A stretch of DNA of 64,000 bases from a virus: positions 32,001 through 96,000 of IMG/VR virus record IMGVR_UViG_3300023174_003073. One strand, given 5' to 3'. Position numbers and translations under genes: made by a program. The notes under the pieces were generated by a model. That model did no database searches, was not told where the DNA came from, and worked only from the letters and a program-made list of their open reading frames with translations. Positions 1-9,062 of this stretch are shown in pieces. Every line of letters begins with the position of its first letter. Within the stretch, counting starts at the first letter, position 1.

Positions 1-272
1 ATTACAACTTCACCTGTTGTTCCGGATAATGTAATCCCGGTACCTGCTGTTAAACTTAAAACACCAGTATTGTTTACTCTCACAACACCGTTGCTATTAT
101 ATGATGATATTGATATACCATTTCCACTGGTGAATGTATTGTATGGACTAGCGCAAGCAAATAGTGTAGTGAAATTATTTGCAGTTTTATTAAAGGCAGC
201 AAAAATACTATCAGCACCGGATGCTTGATTTTCTACCCCTACGTTTATTGTTTCTTTTCCTGAAATTGCCAT
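1..272 (-). CDS. Virion structural protein (baseplate/tail-fibre-like N-terminus), runs off the window edge
   Basis: Manual translation MAISGKETINVGVENQASGADSIFAAFNKTANNFTTLF... resembles T4-like baseplate/fibre N-termini; Gly/Thr-rich repeats follow; TAAATA motif upstream. Confidence 0.6.
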   Translation of the reverse strand, partial: MAISGKETINVGVENQASGADSIFAAFNKTANNFTTLFACASPYNTFTSGNGISISSYNSNGVVRVNNTGVLSLTAGTGITLSGTTGEVV

Positions 273-296
273 GATAATCCTTATCTAGTATTTATC

Positions 297-620
297 TTAA
301 ACTGAGAAGGAACTTCCACAGCCGCATGTACTAGATGCTGTGGGGTTTTTAATCCTAAATTCCGACCCCATTAGTTCCTCAACATAGTCAACCTCTACTC
401 CCTGAAGATATTGAGCCGACATTACGTCAACCAGGACCCTTGAGGAACCTGCTGAAAATTCAAGGTCATCTTCACTTTTACTGTCATCTAACATGAATCC
501 ATAACTAAACCCCGAACATCCCCCACCCTGCACAAACATGCGTAATTTTAAGTCAGGATTGTTCTCTTCCGCAATAATATCTGCTATTTTGATACTTGCT
601 GATTCTGTAATTGTTATCAT
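297..620 (-). CDS. erpA: Fe-S cluster insertion protein ErpA (HesB/IscA family)
   Basis: [17 protein letters not shown] and C-terminal TCGCGSSF. Confidence 0.9.
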   Translation of the reverse strand: MITITESASIKIADIIAEENNPDLKLRMFVQGGGCSGFSYGFMLDDSKSEDDLEFSAGSSRVLVDVMSAQYLQGVEVDYVEELMGSEFRIKNPTASSTCGCGSSFSV

Positions 621-940
621 ACTCTAAAACTTTCTCCGCATCCACAGCGGTCACGTTCATTGGGGTTTATAAACTCAAACCCCTCATTTAATCCTTTTTT
701 AACATAATCTATAGTCATTCCTTCTAAGTATACATTATGTTTTTTATCTACTATTACACAAAAGTTAGGTTGGGCATAATTGATAGTAGTAGAATCATCA
801 ATATATTCGTCAATATATTCTAATACATAGGCAAGACCGCTACAACCGGTTGTTTTTACCCCTAGTTTTATTCCTGCATAGCCTTTGAGTTCAGTTAATT
901 TTTGTATCTTATCTTTGGCCTGTGGAGTAACTGATATCAT
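617..940 (-). CDS. iscA: Fe-S cluster assembly protein IscA
   Basis: [31 protein letters not shown]. Confidence 0.9.
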   Translation of the reverse strand: MISVTPQAKDKIQKLTELKGYAGIKLGVKTTGCSGLAYVLEYIDEYIDDSTTINYAQPNFCVIVDKKHNVYLEGMTIDYVKKGLNEGFEFINPNERDRCGCGESFRV

Positions 941-3051
941 AGTACGGCTAAATATTCTTTAAATTTTTTATGACGCTGTTTTACAACATTCGTTGGTTCA
1001 TTGGCATTGATAGCCTTTACAACTTCAGTAGTGTTATTGAAGTTACTAACATTAGGTCTTACTTGATTCTTCCAAAACCATAATGCAATCTTAGCACCAA
1101 CATCTAACCTACTTGCTAATTCAGGATTCTTTACTAATCTATCATCACCAAATATTTGCTGACTTGCTCTGGTATAGTTGTCACGTCCGGTCAACTGAAT
1201 AAAACCACGACCCTTAAATAGTTCCCCATCACCTTTGACTTTATTACCTAATCGTTTTGCTAGTCTAGATTTTTCGTATTTAGCAAATTGTTTTTTACTG
1301 CCCACTTCTTTCATCTTAGAGAAGTCCCAGCTTTCATGTCTAGTCTGTGCCATGAATTGTGCTAGTTCTGAGCCTTTGAGTCCTGCAGCCTTGGCAGCAG
1401 TTTGTAATGCCGCTTCTGCATCACTGTTGTTACTTAGTAATGTAACACCTTCATCTTCTTTGTCATGTGAGAACTTTGGTATCATTGATGAGATTTTATC
1501 TTTCAATGACGGCTCCGGCTTTGCAACTTTAGCAGGCTCTTGCTTAAGAGTAGGCTTTACAGTTGCAGGCATTTTACTAATAGGTTTAGAATAATCAGGT
1601 ACTAGAACTTTTTGTCCTATTTCTAACTTAGTGTTGCGATCCATCTTGTTTAGTTTGTATATCTCTTTTGGATCTGCACCCGTCTGTCTTGCTATACTAT
1701 AAATTGTATCACCTGGTTCAACTATTTGATGAACCATTTGAGGACCTTTAGCCTGAGCACCCATTGCCATAGCACCTGCCATAGCACCTGTTGCTAGTGC
1801 AGATCTCCAATCTTCTTCTAAATCATCTTCCATTATACCAGCAATGCCAGTACCAATACCTGCACTTGCTAGTGTATACTTAATTGTGTCACTCCAACTC
1901 TTTCCATTGATTCTAGACACTACAGTTGGAATCACGGTATTCAATATTGCTTGCAATGCCAAGTTAGTTTGTGCAGGAGTCAATCCCATTTTCTGTGCTG
2001 AACTTAATACACCACCGGCAAGTAATGCACCGATTGTTGTAACAACACCACCTTGAACATATGGGCTTTGTTTTGCTTGTTTAAAAATATCTAGTATCTT
2101 TGATTTGACGGTGGGGTCACTGACCTGACTTAACATCTCTTTTGCAGTACCAACATAGTTGTCAACTGGTTCTTTGCTGATATGTCCGGCATGTTGATAG
2201 AAATCTAATATTGCATTTGCTATTGGATCTTTTAATTTGTCATCACCTTCCGCCACACCTTGCTTTATCCTAGACAATTCGTATATAACTATGTCACCGT
2301 TGTCGGCACGGAAAGCCCTATATCCTAACGCTTTGGAATAACGTTGTACAAGTCTATCGTACAATTTAGCACGGCTTTCTGGATTTGGTTGAGGCTGGTC
2401 AGGCTCATAATATATTGTTGGATCAGTTGCTTTACTAGCTGAGAAACTTAGTTTTTGTGGTTTGTATTTTTTGATGTATTTTTGTATGGCATCCAACACC
2501 GTGGCAAAAATTCGTTGTGCATCGCCCTCGCCTGTGACTTCTTGGCTGTTGTTTCTATAAAACTCAACTTGTACAACTTCTTCACCTTCGTCACCTTGTT
2601 GATTGTTGAACATGATACTTAGATTAGTGCCATCTGGTAATTTTGTGTTTAGGTCAACGTCACCGTAATCGCTTTTCTCCCACTTACCCTTATAAGGATT
2701 GTCAAAGGCTTCCCAAATACGAACATCTTCTCCACGATGTTTATTCCAAAAGCCTGCACCTGCATCAGTTTGGTCATAGCTACGATGTATCTCGTAACCT
2801 TTGCTTTTTGCATAATCATACATTATTCTAGCAATACCTTGACCTTGGTATCTTTCATCAACTTTTAAGTCTTGTGGATCTAGTTCATTGTTGTCGCCAA
2901 TATTAAAGGCAACAGAACCCAATATATTATTACCCCAATCATCAAGTGCATTGATGACTAATACATGACCATTCTTAACCATCTCAATGGTCATGCCCTC
3001 AAAATCTTCTCGGGTTGTTTTGGCTTCTGTGATAAATTCATATGCTCTCAT
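937..3051 (-). CDS. Multi-domain putative virion-internal protein: GNAT acetyltransferase, unknown domains, LysM, GH19 lysozyme/chitinase
   Basis: N-term MRAYEFITE; YQGQGIA acetyl-CoA motif; VEPGDTIYSIA...LEIGQKVLVP LysM; HES...FKGRGFIQLTGRDNY GH19. Confidence 0.75.
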   Translation of the reverse strand: MRAYEFITEAKTTREDFEGMTIEMVKNGHVLVINALDDWGNNILGSVAFNIGDNNELDPQDLKVDERYQGQGIARIMYDYAKSKGYEIHRSYDQTDAGAGFWNKHRGEDVRIWEAFDNPYKGKWEKSDYGDVDLNTKLPDGTNLSIMFNNQQGDEGEEVVQVEFYRNNSQEVTGEGDAQRIFATVLDAIQKYIKKYKPQKLSFSASKATDPTIYYEPDQPQPNPESRAKLYDRLVQRYSKALGYRAFRADNGDIVIYELSRIKQGVAEGDDKLKDPIANAILDFYQHAGHISKEPVDNYVGTAKEMLSQVSDPTVKSKILDIFKQAKQSPYVQGGVVTTIGALLAGGVLSSAQKMGLTPAQTNLALQAILNTVIPTVVSRINGKSWSDTIKYTLASAGIGTGIAGIMEDDLEEDWRSALATGAMAGAMAMGAQAKGPQMVHQIVEPGDTIYSIARQTGADPKEIYKLNKMDRNTKLEIGQKVLVPDYSKPISKMPATVKPTLKQEPAKVAKPEPSLKDKISSMIPKFSHDKEDEGVTLLSNNSDAEAALQTAAKAAGLKGSELAQFMAQTRHESWDFSKMKEVGSKKQFAKYEKSRLAKRLGNKVKGDGELFKGRGFIQLTGRDNYTRASQQIFGDDRLVKNPELASRLDVGAKIALWFWKNQVRPNVSNFNNTTEVVKAINANEPTNVVKQRHKKFKEYLAVL

Positions 3052-3599
3052 AAATTCTTACCCCAGCGTGTATTGATATGACTCCAGTTCATTATCTTCC
3101 AAGTATTTTCTAAGTATTCTTTTTTATTAGGACCGTAGTCTAAAAAATATGCATGTTCCCACCAGTCAACTAATATAAGAATATCGTCACGAACCTCGTG
3201 GTTTGCAATAGTCTTTATCTCACCGTCATAACTCATGTAAATCCAACCACTACCTTGTATCTTCATGGCTTCTTGTTTGAATTGTTCTTTAAAATCTCTC
3301 CACCAAGTATACTTGCGTTTAATGATTCCTAACACAGGTCCGTTGGGTGTGTTATCTTCTTGTATCTTACGAAATTGACTGAAATAAATGTTGTGCAGGA
3401 AAGCCCCTGCATAGTTGAAATCTTTATCACCTTCACCCTTGTTGTATCGGGTAGCGTATCCATGGGCTAAATCCCCATAGTGATAATCCATTGTCTTTTT
3501 ACTAAGTACTGGATTTAGGCTGGAAAGGTCGTAGGATAGATTGTCTATCTCTAGCTTTTTTGTGCGGGATTCGTTGATTCTCTCTACAATGTCATACAT
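3048..3599 (-). CDS. Fe/Mn superoxide dismutase family protein
   Basis: GSGW and DWWEHAY motifs; metal-ligand His in MDYHY and FLHN; start moved to ATG 3599, just after a TAAATA motif. Confidence 0.85.
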   Translation of the reverse strand: MYDIVERINESRTKKLEIDNLSYDLSSLNPVLSKKTMDYHYGDLAHGYATRYNKGEGDKDFNYAGAFLHNIYFSQFRKIQEDNTPNGPVLGIIKRKYTWWRDFKEQFKQEAMKIQGSGWIYMSYDGEIKTIANHEVRDDILILVDWWEHAYFLDYGPNKKEYLENTWKIMNWSHINTRWGKNL

Positions 3600-3639
3600 A
3601 GTAGAGTATTTATCGCAACTTAGACTTGTGTTAGCCATT

Positions 3640-3665
3640 AAAAAAGAGCCCCGAAAGGCTCTTTT
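3640..3665 (-). terminator. Intrinsic terminator (bidirectional-looking)
   Basis: AAAAGAGCC-loop-GGCTCTTTT hairpin with U tract. Confidence 0.8.
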
Positions 3666-3667
3666 AC

Positions 3668-3715
3668 TTAGAAAAATCTATTAAACCAGCGTTTAATGCC
3701 GGAGATTAGTTTCCC
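3668..3715 (-). other. Candidate -1 programmed frameshift site GGGAAAC and 13-codon extension LISGIKRWFNRFF
   Basis: TTG GGA AAC TAA; hairpin begins 6 nt downstream; -1 frame open to TAA at 3668-3670, directly before the terminator. Confidence 0.65.
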
Positions 3716-4353
3716 AATAAGCTGTCTAATTTAGAATCAACTGCATTCAAACGTGCCTCAATTGCATCTAATGCTGGGTCAGCAGGTGTGGCTACTGCAT
3801 CAGCAATTTGTTGTTGTACTTCTGGAGTAACTGCATCAACACCTGTTGCTGTTGCAACTACTTCAGCTACTGCGGCAACTACTTCAGCTACTGCCTCTGG
3901 AGCCGGAGCTGGCATATCAGCAACTGCTTCTACGATAGCGGCTGTCATTGCTACTGGATCTAATACAATTTGTGGCTCTGCTGTAACAACTGCAACAACA
4001 GCGGCTGTAACCATATCAGCAACTTCAGGATTGATAATAGCATCTGCTTCATGTAGATCAGCAACCACATCTGTTACTATAGCGGCTGCTTCTGGGATAT
4101 CAGCACTTGGGGAAAATACGATTACATCTTCAACTGCTACTGGAGCTTCATCTGCTGGAGAATAAACAATAGCGTCAATATGACTTTCAGTTTTTGCAGT
4201 CATCATATGGTCGATGTGTGCTTCAACTACTGATAATCTTGCATCTAATTCTTCAATGCTTGTGGCATTGTCTGTGTTAACTGATGTTCCAGTTAGTGTT
4301 GCTAATTTGGCTTCAACAGCTACCAATCTTACTGCTAGGTCTTCTAATCTCAT
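3706..4353 (-). CDS. Acidic Ala/Val/Pro-rich protein with terminal coiled-coil heptads
   Basis: LEDLAVRLVAVEAKL, IEELDARLSVVEAHI and LDAIEARLNAVDSKLDSLL heptads; own TAAATA promoter, SD and terminator. Confidence 0.8.
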   Translation of the reverse strand: MRLEDLAVRLVAVEAKLATLTGTSVNTDNATSIEELDARLSVVEAHIDHMMTAKTESHIDAIVYSPADEAPVAVEDVIVFSPSADIPEAAAIVTDVVADLHEADAIINPEVADMVTAAVVAVVTAEPQIVLDPVAMTAAIVEAVADMPAPAPEAVAEVVAAVAEVVATATGVDAVTPEVQQQIADAVATPADPALDAIEARLNAVDSKLDSLLGN

Positions 4354-4446
4354 GGGAATTTCCTTTAAGGTTTTTATCTGTGTGTGTCACCATGACACAT
4401 AAGTATTTAATTACTATTCCATGAATATTGCGTGACAAGTAGAGTA

Positions 4447-5166
4447 TCAGCTCCAATACTTAGATGAGTCTAAACTATCCCAATATTGCTTATTATTGCG
4501 GTTTACAAAGTTCTTAACAAGATACGTAGCCATCCCAAAATATCCCATCTTTTTGAATCTACGACTATCTTGTCCAAAATAATGTTTAATTATTCTAAAT
4601 TTTCTCGGGCTGTATTTGCGAGATAAGAAATAGTCCTCTGAAGTTGACATCTTTTCAGGGAAACCGCCAAATTCTTCAAATCTGTCTCTGCGTGTTAGCA
4701 TGAAAGCACCAACCGCAAATGGACTAAAATGCTTTAAAATTTTATTGATACCATTGAACATAGCAAATCCAATAGTAGCACGTTTGTCACGGTCATAGCA
4801 TTTGATGTTTAATCCGATCAAATCTAAGTTCTTTGATTCCATTTCAGCTACTGCGTCACGGATAACAGTCTCTTTAAAGAAACGAACATCAGCATCAATG
4901 AACAATATGTAGGGTGTAGTTACTAGTTTGGCTCCGTTATTTTTAGCAACACTAACAGGTCCGCCGTCAATGATTTCAACATTTAAGTTACCCTTCATTA
5001 CCTGTATAACTTCTCTAGTGTTGTCTGTAGAACAATCTGCAATAATGACTCTGGTATCTTCTATATCTTGACCACGTAGATGCATCAATAGATGTACTAT
5101 ATAGTTTTCTTCATTCTTACAGGGAACAACAATTGTAATTTTATCACTTAGTTTTGTTTTTTGCAT
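4447..5166 (-). CDS. Glycosyltransferase family 2
   Basis: IVVPCKNE, DCSTD, FIDAD (DxD), SEDY. Confidence 0.9.
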   Translation of the reverse strand: MQKTKLSDKITIVVPCKNEENYIVHLLMHLRGQDIEDTRVIIADCSTDNTREVIQVMKGNLNVEIIDGGPVSVAKNNGAKLVTTPYILFIDADVRFFKETVIRDAVAEMESKNLDLIGLNIKCYDRDKRATIGFAMFNGINKILKHFSPFAVGAFMLTRRDRFEEFGGFPEKMSTSEDYFLSRKYSPRKFRIIKHYFGQDSRRFKKMGYFGMATYLVKNFVNRNNKQYWDSLDSSKYWS

Positions 5167-5321
5167 TCTGCTATCACCTTAAAACTTTTAAACTTCAAAT
5201 CGTATTTAACTGTTAATAATGCTTGCTCACAACTTTGTTGATTTGGAAACGTTAGTTCTATTCTTCCTGGTTGATCCTGCGGGTTGTTCGTGTGTACTGC
5301 TATCAATATCATTATCCACAT
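5148..5321 (-). CDS. Small 57-aa protein with hydrophobic N-terminus and two Cys, overlapping the 3' end of plcP
   Basis: SD AAGGAG then ATG; MWIMILIAVHTNNPQDQPGRIELTFPNQQSCEQ...AECKKQN. Confidence 0.55.
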   Translation of the reverse strand: MWIMILIAVHTNNPQDQPGRIELTFPNQQSCEQALLTVKYDLKFKSFKVIAECKKQN

Positions 5322-6072
5322 TGTCACTCTCCTTAATCCAAGTAACTATTTCCCAACGACCATCGTGGTGTTCGACCAATGCTGTGCAACTCTCTACCCA
5401 ATCACCATCATTCATGTAAGTAACACCATCAATTTCTTTTATCTCAGCGTGATGTATATGTCCACAAATCACACCGTCGAATCCACGCTTCTTACAATAT
5501 TTGGCTAAGTTTTCTTCAAACTTAAAAATAAAATCTACTGCTTTTTTGACCCTGTGCTTAAGGAAACGGCTAAGGCTAAAGTACCCAAAACCAAACCGAT
5601 GACGTATCCAATTAAACTTGCTATTGAGGCTAAGTATGAAATCATATGCTTTATCTCCTAAAAATGATAACCATGGAGCTAATCTTGTTATGCCATCAAA
5701 CATGTCTCCGTGTACAACTAGATAGTGTTTACCATCTGCGCCAATATGTTCTATTTGATTGTGTATTTCTATTAAGCCAAAGCTGAAACCATATGGTATC
5801 ATTGGTCTTAAGAATTCATCGTGATTGCCTGCAATGAATATTACTTTGGTGCCACGCTTGGCATGACCTAATACTCTGCGTACTACGTTGGTATGCGATT
5901 GTTTCCAACGCCATTTGTTTTGTTGTATCTTCCATGCATCTATGATATCGCCTACAAGATATAGTGTATCACATGAATTGTGTTTGAGGAAGTTATTTAA
6001 TTTCTCTGCTTGAGAATCTTTTGTACCTAAGTGTACATCACTTATAAAGATAGAGCGATAAGTCTTTAGCAT
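5227..6072 (-). CDS. plcP: PlcP-type metallophosphoesterase (phospholipase C; often annotated LpxH-like)
   Basis: SDVHLG, GDIID, GNHD (LpxH has GNRD), HGD, GHIH, NDGDWVES. Confidence 0.7.
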   Translation of the reverse strand: MLKTYRSIFISDVHLGTKDSQAEKLNNFLKHNSCDTLYLVGDIIDAWKIQQNKWRWKQSHTNVVRRVLGHAKRGTKVIFIAGNHDEFLRPMIPYGFSFGLIEIHNQIEHIGADGKHYLVVHGDMFDGITRLAPWLSFLGDKAYDFILSLNSKFNWIRHRFGFGYFSLSRFLKHRVKKAVDFIFKFEENLAKYCKKRGFDGVICGHIHHAEIKEIDGVTYMNDGDWVESCTALVEHHDGRWEIVTWIKESDNVDNDIDSSTHEQPAGSTRKNRTNVSKSTKL

Positions 6073-6096
6073 AAGCTAGTATTTATCGCCCCATCT

Positions 6097-6114
6097 ATTA
6101 CAGTATTGTTACAA
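6097..6114 (-). promoter_or_regulatory. Pho-box-like direct repeat
   Basis: TTGTAAC-AATA-CTGTAAT (7-4-7), 10-11 nt upstream of the ATAAAT/TAAATA element before plcP. Confidence 0.5.
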
Positions 6115-6116
6115 TA

Positions 6117-6275
6117 CTATATATTTACTACCGTCCATTTTGCATCAAATGGTTTGCCTTCGGCGCGGTGCTTTAGTATCTTACGAAATTCTTCTAGGCG
6201 AAGTTTCATAATTGCATCTTCATCGTGTCGGACGCAAGCCTGATACAACTTAGAAACTAATTTCTTTTGTTTCAT
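6117..6275 (-). CDS. Small hypothetical protein (52 aa)
   Basis: SD AAGGAGG; [35 protein letters not shown]... Confidence 0.6.
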   Translation of the reverse strand: MKQKKLVSKLYQACVRHDEDAIMKLRLEEFRKILKHRAEGKPFDAKWTVVNI

Positions 6276-6302
6276 GGCGAGTTCCTCCTTGACTAGTATT
6301 TA

Positions 6303-6518
6303 TTATCGGCGTCGTGTAATACGACCTTTAGTTAAGTCATAGGGGCTGAATTCAACTTCTACAGTGTCGCCCAACAATATTTTAATATCATGCTTACGCA
6401 TACGGCCGCTGATGTATCCCATGATAATGGATCCAGCTTCCATTTCTACTTTGAACATGGCATTGGGTAGTACATCTACTACCTTGCCGTCCATCTTAAT
6501 ACCCTCTTCTTTTGCCAT
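6303..6518 (-). CDS. infA: Translation initiation factor IF-1
   Basis: MAKEE...VLPNAMF...ISGRMR...[19 protein letters not shown]. Confidence 0.95.
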   Translation of the reverse strand: MAKEEGIKMDGKVVDVLPNAMFKVEMEAGSIIMGYISGRMRKHDIKILLGDTVEVEFSPYDLTKGRITRRR

Positions 6519-6830
6519 TTAAAATCGCAACTCCTTTGCTTTTAACTTGATCCACATAAACTCTTTCATAAACTTTTCGTTCTTGGTTACATATCCATAC
6601 ATACCAACTGGATAGGATATTCTATCTTTGACAATTTTGACACCACCGCGTGGTCCTTGCATCCATACCCTGTCACAGTTATGTGACAGTCTGGTTTGCC
6701 CGCCATAATAACCGCCCATCCGCCCCGGGGATGAATACACACCGGCTTTCCAGGAATCGATGTGATCCGTACGGTCTTGTTGTAGTTCAAAATAATAAGT
6801 GCAACGATTATTTTTAATAATTTTAACCAC
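6519..6830 (-). CDS. Hypothetical protein
   Basis: ORF; probable GTG start overlapping the stop of the upstream gene. Confidence 0.55.
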   Translation of the reverse strand: MVKIIKNNRCTYYFELQQDRTDHIDSWKAGVYSSPGRMGGYYGGQTRLSHNCDRVWMQGPRGGVKIVKDRISYPVGMYGYVTKNEKFMKEFMWIKLKAKELRF

Positions 6831-7212
6831 GGCGCATCCTTGAAATTTCAACTGCTTGTTCATCGCTAAACACAGGTACAGCATTTGACTTGTGCATTGT
6901 AGCAATACCAATGATTTTGTCACCTGTGTACACTTTATGTACAGCGGCAGTAGAACCGCCGGGTGTGCTTAGACTTTTGATTTTTTGTGTCTCACGACCG
7001 GGCGGCGCAGACAATGAATATGTAAGAGTAGGAGCCTTAAGTGCCTTAGCACGTTTTTTTTCTTCGGCTTCAATGCCTTGACGTTTCAACAAATCTTTCC
7101 AAGATTCTTCTAAGTCACGGGCACGTTTGGCTTCTTCGGCATTACGAAACTTTTTTTTGCCTTTGCGTTTGCCACCGAGGCTGAGCCAAGGGCCCTCAAG
7201 ATGCATAGTCAT
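6823..7212 (-). CDS. Basic hypothetical phage protein
   Basis: ORF with own TTGACA-17-TATAAT promoter at 7245-7273. Confidence 0.7.
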   Translation of the reverse strand: MTMHLEGPWLSLGGKRKGKKKFRNAEEAKRARDLEESWKDLLKRQGIEAEEKKRAKALKAPTLTYSLSAPPGRETQKIKSLSTPGGSTAAVHKVYTGDKIIGIATMHKSNAVPVFSDEQAVEISRMRRG

Positions 7213-7276
7213 AATACGTGGGTCATAGTGTTAAACATGTACATATTATAATCTAAAACGGAATTACTGTCAAGTA

Positions 7277-7657
7277 CTACTTTTTCAGTATAGCCCACAT
7301 CTTTTCTTTCTCAATGATTTCGGCTTCAAGTTCTATATATTGCTTGCGTAATTCTCGCAAGTTTTCCCATTTCTTTTCTAGTGCTTCATTTGGGTGTAAT
7401 ATAGCTAATCGTTCTTCAATGGCTAATAGTGATTCTTTGATTGACTTACCTTTAATAGCAATATCACCTTGAAAAGTAACATCACCTTCAAACTCAGCAT
7501 CACCTTTAACTTTTAATGATGTACCTTCAAGATTGGGATTGGTTGCAATTGAGTAAGTACCATTAGTCATAGTAGTACCCCAGTTAATCCCGTTAGTATT
7601 AGGTGTAGTAACTGTTAGTGGTACTGATGTTCCTGTACTAGTATAAACGTAATTCAT
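7277..7657 (-). CDS. Hypothetical protein with C-terminal coiled coil
   Basis: ORF track. Confidence 0.65.
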   Translation of the reverse strand: MNYVYTSTGTSVPLTVTTPNTNGINWGTTMTNGTYSIATNPNLEGTSLKVKGDAEFEGDVTFQGDIAIKGKSIKESLLAIEERLAILHPNEALEKKWENLRELRKQYIELEAEIIEKEKMWAILKK

Positions 7658-7842
7658 TCGTCTTTTCTTGTTAAAATGAACTGCCCCTTAGTATCAACAC
7701 CAAACTCAATGTTGTCACCTGGTTTCCAACCTAACTCTTTTAATAAAGATTTTGGTATAGGCATCAACATATCACCATTTTCATCTTTGTGAGAAATGAC
7801 TTCATAACTTTGTATTTTACCTTCAGGCAGTTTTTTGCTCAT
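7654..7842 (-). CDS. AbrB/MazE/SpoVT-like DNA-binding protein
   Basis: IPKSLLKELGWKPGDNIEF. Confidence 0.7.
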   Translation of the reverse strand: MSKKLPEGKIQSYEVISHKDENGDMLMPIPKSLLKELGWKPGDNIEFGVDTKGQFILTRKDE

Positions 7843-7849
7843 CTAATAT

Positions 7850-8377
7850 TTAGTGATTTAGATAAGGGGCATAGATTTTGTTCAACTGCATTATGGTATG
7901 TTCAGTTGAAGCATCACTATGTTTAATTGCAATACCACCTGCTTCTGCCCAACTATTAAGGTAATAATTGAAGTCATCTACTAATACATTGGGTTGATTG
8001 TCTGTAACAGCATATTGAAATTTACGCTGAGTAAAGATAGCAGTCTGACTAGTGCCCGGATTATATTGGTCTAGCCAATCACGTTTACCTCGTTTACTTG
8101 CTTCGGGTTCATTTCGTAACGGAGCACTTAATACAGTGAACGGAATTTTGTTATCGTGCAACCATTTAATGATAACTTGTCCACCGGGTAGTGGGTTTAA
8201 ATTACGAAACAATTTATATACACTTTCGGGACCTTTAAGGCTTAGTCGTGTTATTGCATCATTTTGGTCTGCAATGTCATCCCAATGAGGTACATTTTCT
8301 AGTTCTGCTACTCGTTGGAATAAATCTGCTTGGACACCGTCCATGTCTAGGTATAAATGTGGCATGTTTAATTTCAT
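7850..8377 (-). CDS. HAD-family 5'(3')-deoxyribonucleotidase (NT5C-like)
   Basis: YLDMDGV, LVDD, W..AGG.AI.H. Confidence 0.85.
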   Translation of the reverse strand: MKLNMPHLYLDMDGVQADLFQRVAELENVPHWDDIADQNDAITRLSLKGPESVYKLFRNLNPLPGGQVIIKWLHDNKIPFTVLSAPLRNEPEASKRGKRDWLDQYNPGTSQTAIFTQRKFQYAVTDNQPNVLVDDFNYYLNSWAEAGGIAIKHSDASTEHTIMQLNKIYAPYLNH

Positions 8378-8473
8378 AACATAATAGTATCATATTTTAC
8401 ATAAGACTGTCAAAGTTTTTGGGCATAAAAATAATAAATACTACTATAATAATTATAACTTAGGGAGACTAAA

Positions 8474-9025
8474 ATGGCAGAAGTAAAACAAGAAGCAAAA
8501 CCTCTATCTCGTTCAGAGCGTGAGGCATTAATCAAGGATAAAGCAGGATGGGTTATTGTCGTATTTGCGGCACTACTTGCTATCAATACCTACATGGGTG
8601 GTAGTAACAGTGGTAAAGTATTGAACAATACTATTGACGCTAACAACACTTGGAGCTTCTATCAAGCTAAGAGTATCAAAGGTACACTGGCAGAGATGGC
8701 ACGTGATGATGCCGTGGCAAGAGGTGATAAAGAAAAAGTTGCAAGACTACAATCTAAAATTGACCGCTATGAATCTGATCCAGAAACAGGTGAAGGTAAG
8801 AAAGAGTTAATGGCAAAAGCACGTGGTCTAGAAGCCGACCGTGCTGTAGCTAAACTACGCAGTCCGTGGTATACATTTGCAGGTAGCTTGTTCCAAATCG
8901 CTATTGTGTTGTTATCAGCAAGTATCTTAGCAGTTAACAATCGTTTATATACAGCAAGTTTGTATGTAGGTGGTGTAGCAATGATACTAATGAGCCAAGC
9001 ACTTTGGCTTTGGTTACCTATCTAA
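8474..9025 (+). CDS. Membrane protein, DUF4337-like
   Basis: WSFYQAKSIK motif; LFQIAIVL; three TM segments. Confidence 0.7.
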   Translation: MAEVKQEAKPLSRSEREALIKDKAGWVIVVFAALLAINTYMGGSNSGKVLNNTIDANNTWSFYQAKSIKGTLAEMARDDAVARGDKEKVARLQSKIDRYESDPETGEGKKELMAKARGLEADRAVAKLRSPWYTFAGSLFQIAIVLLSASILAVNNRLYTASLYVGGVAMILMSQALWLWLPI

Positions 9026-9062
9026 TTTAATGCGGCTATGCCGCATTACCTAAAGGACCATT

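Noticed and set aside
3680-3702. H-type pseudoknot as the frameshift stimulator
   Set aside because: The two possible stems would leave a zero-length loop 3, which is sterically implausible; treated as alternative hairpins
5227-6072. LpxH (UDP-2,3-diacylglucosamine hydrolase) annotation
   Set aside because: Has GNHD rather than GNRD, and its context (glycosyltransferase, Pho-box-like site) fits PlcP better
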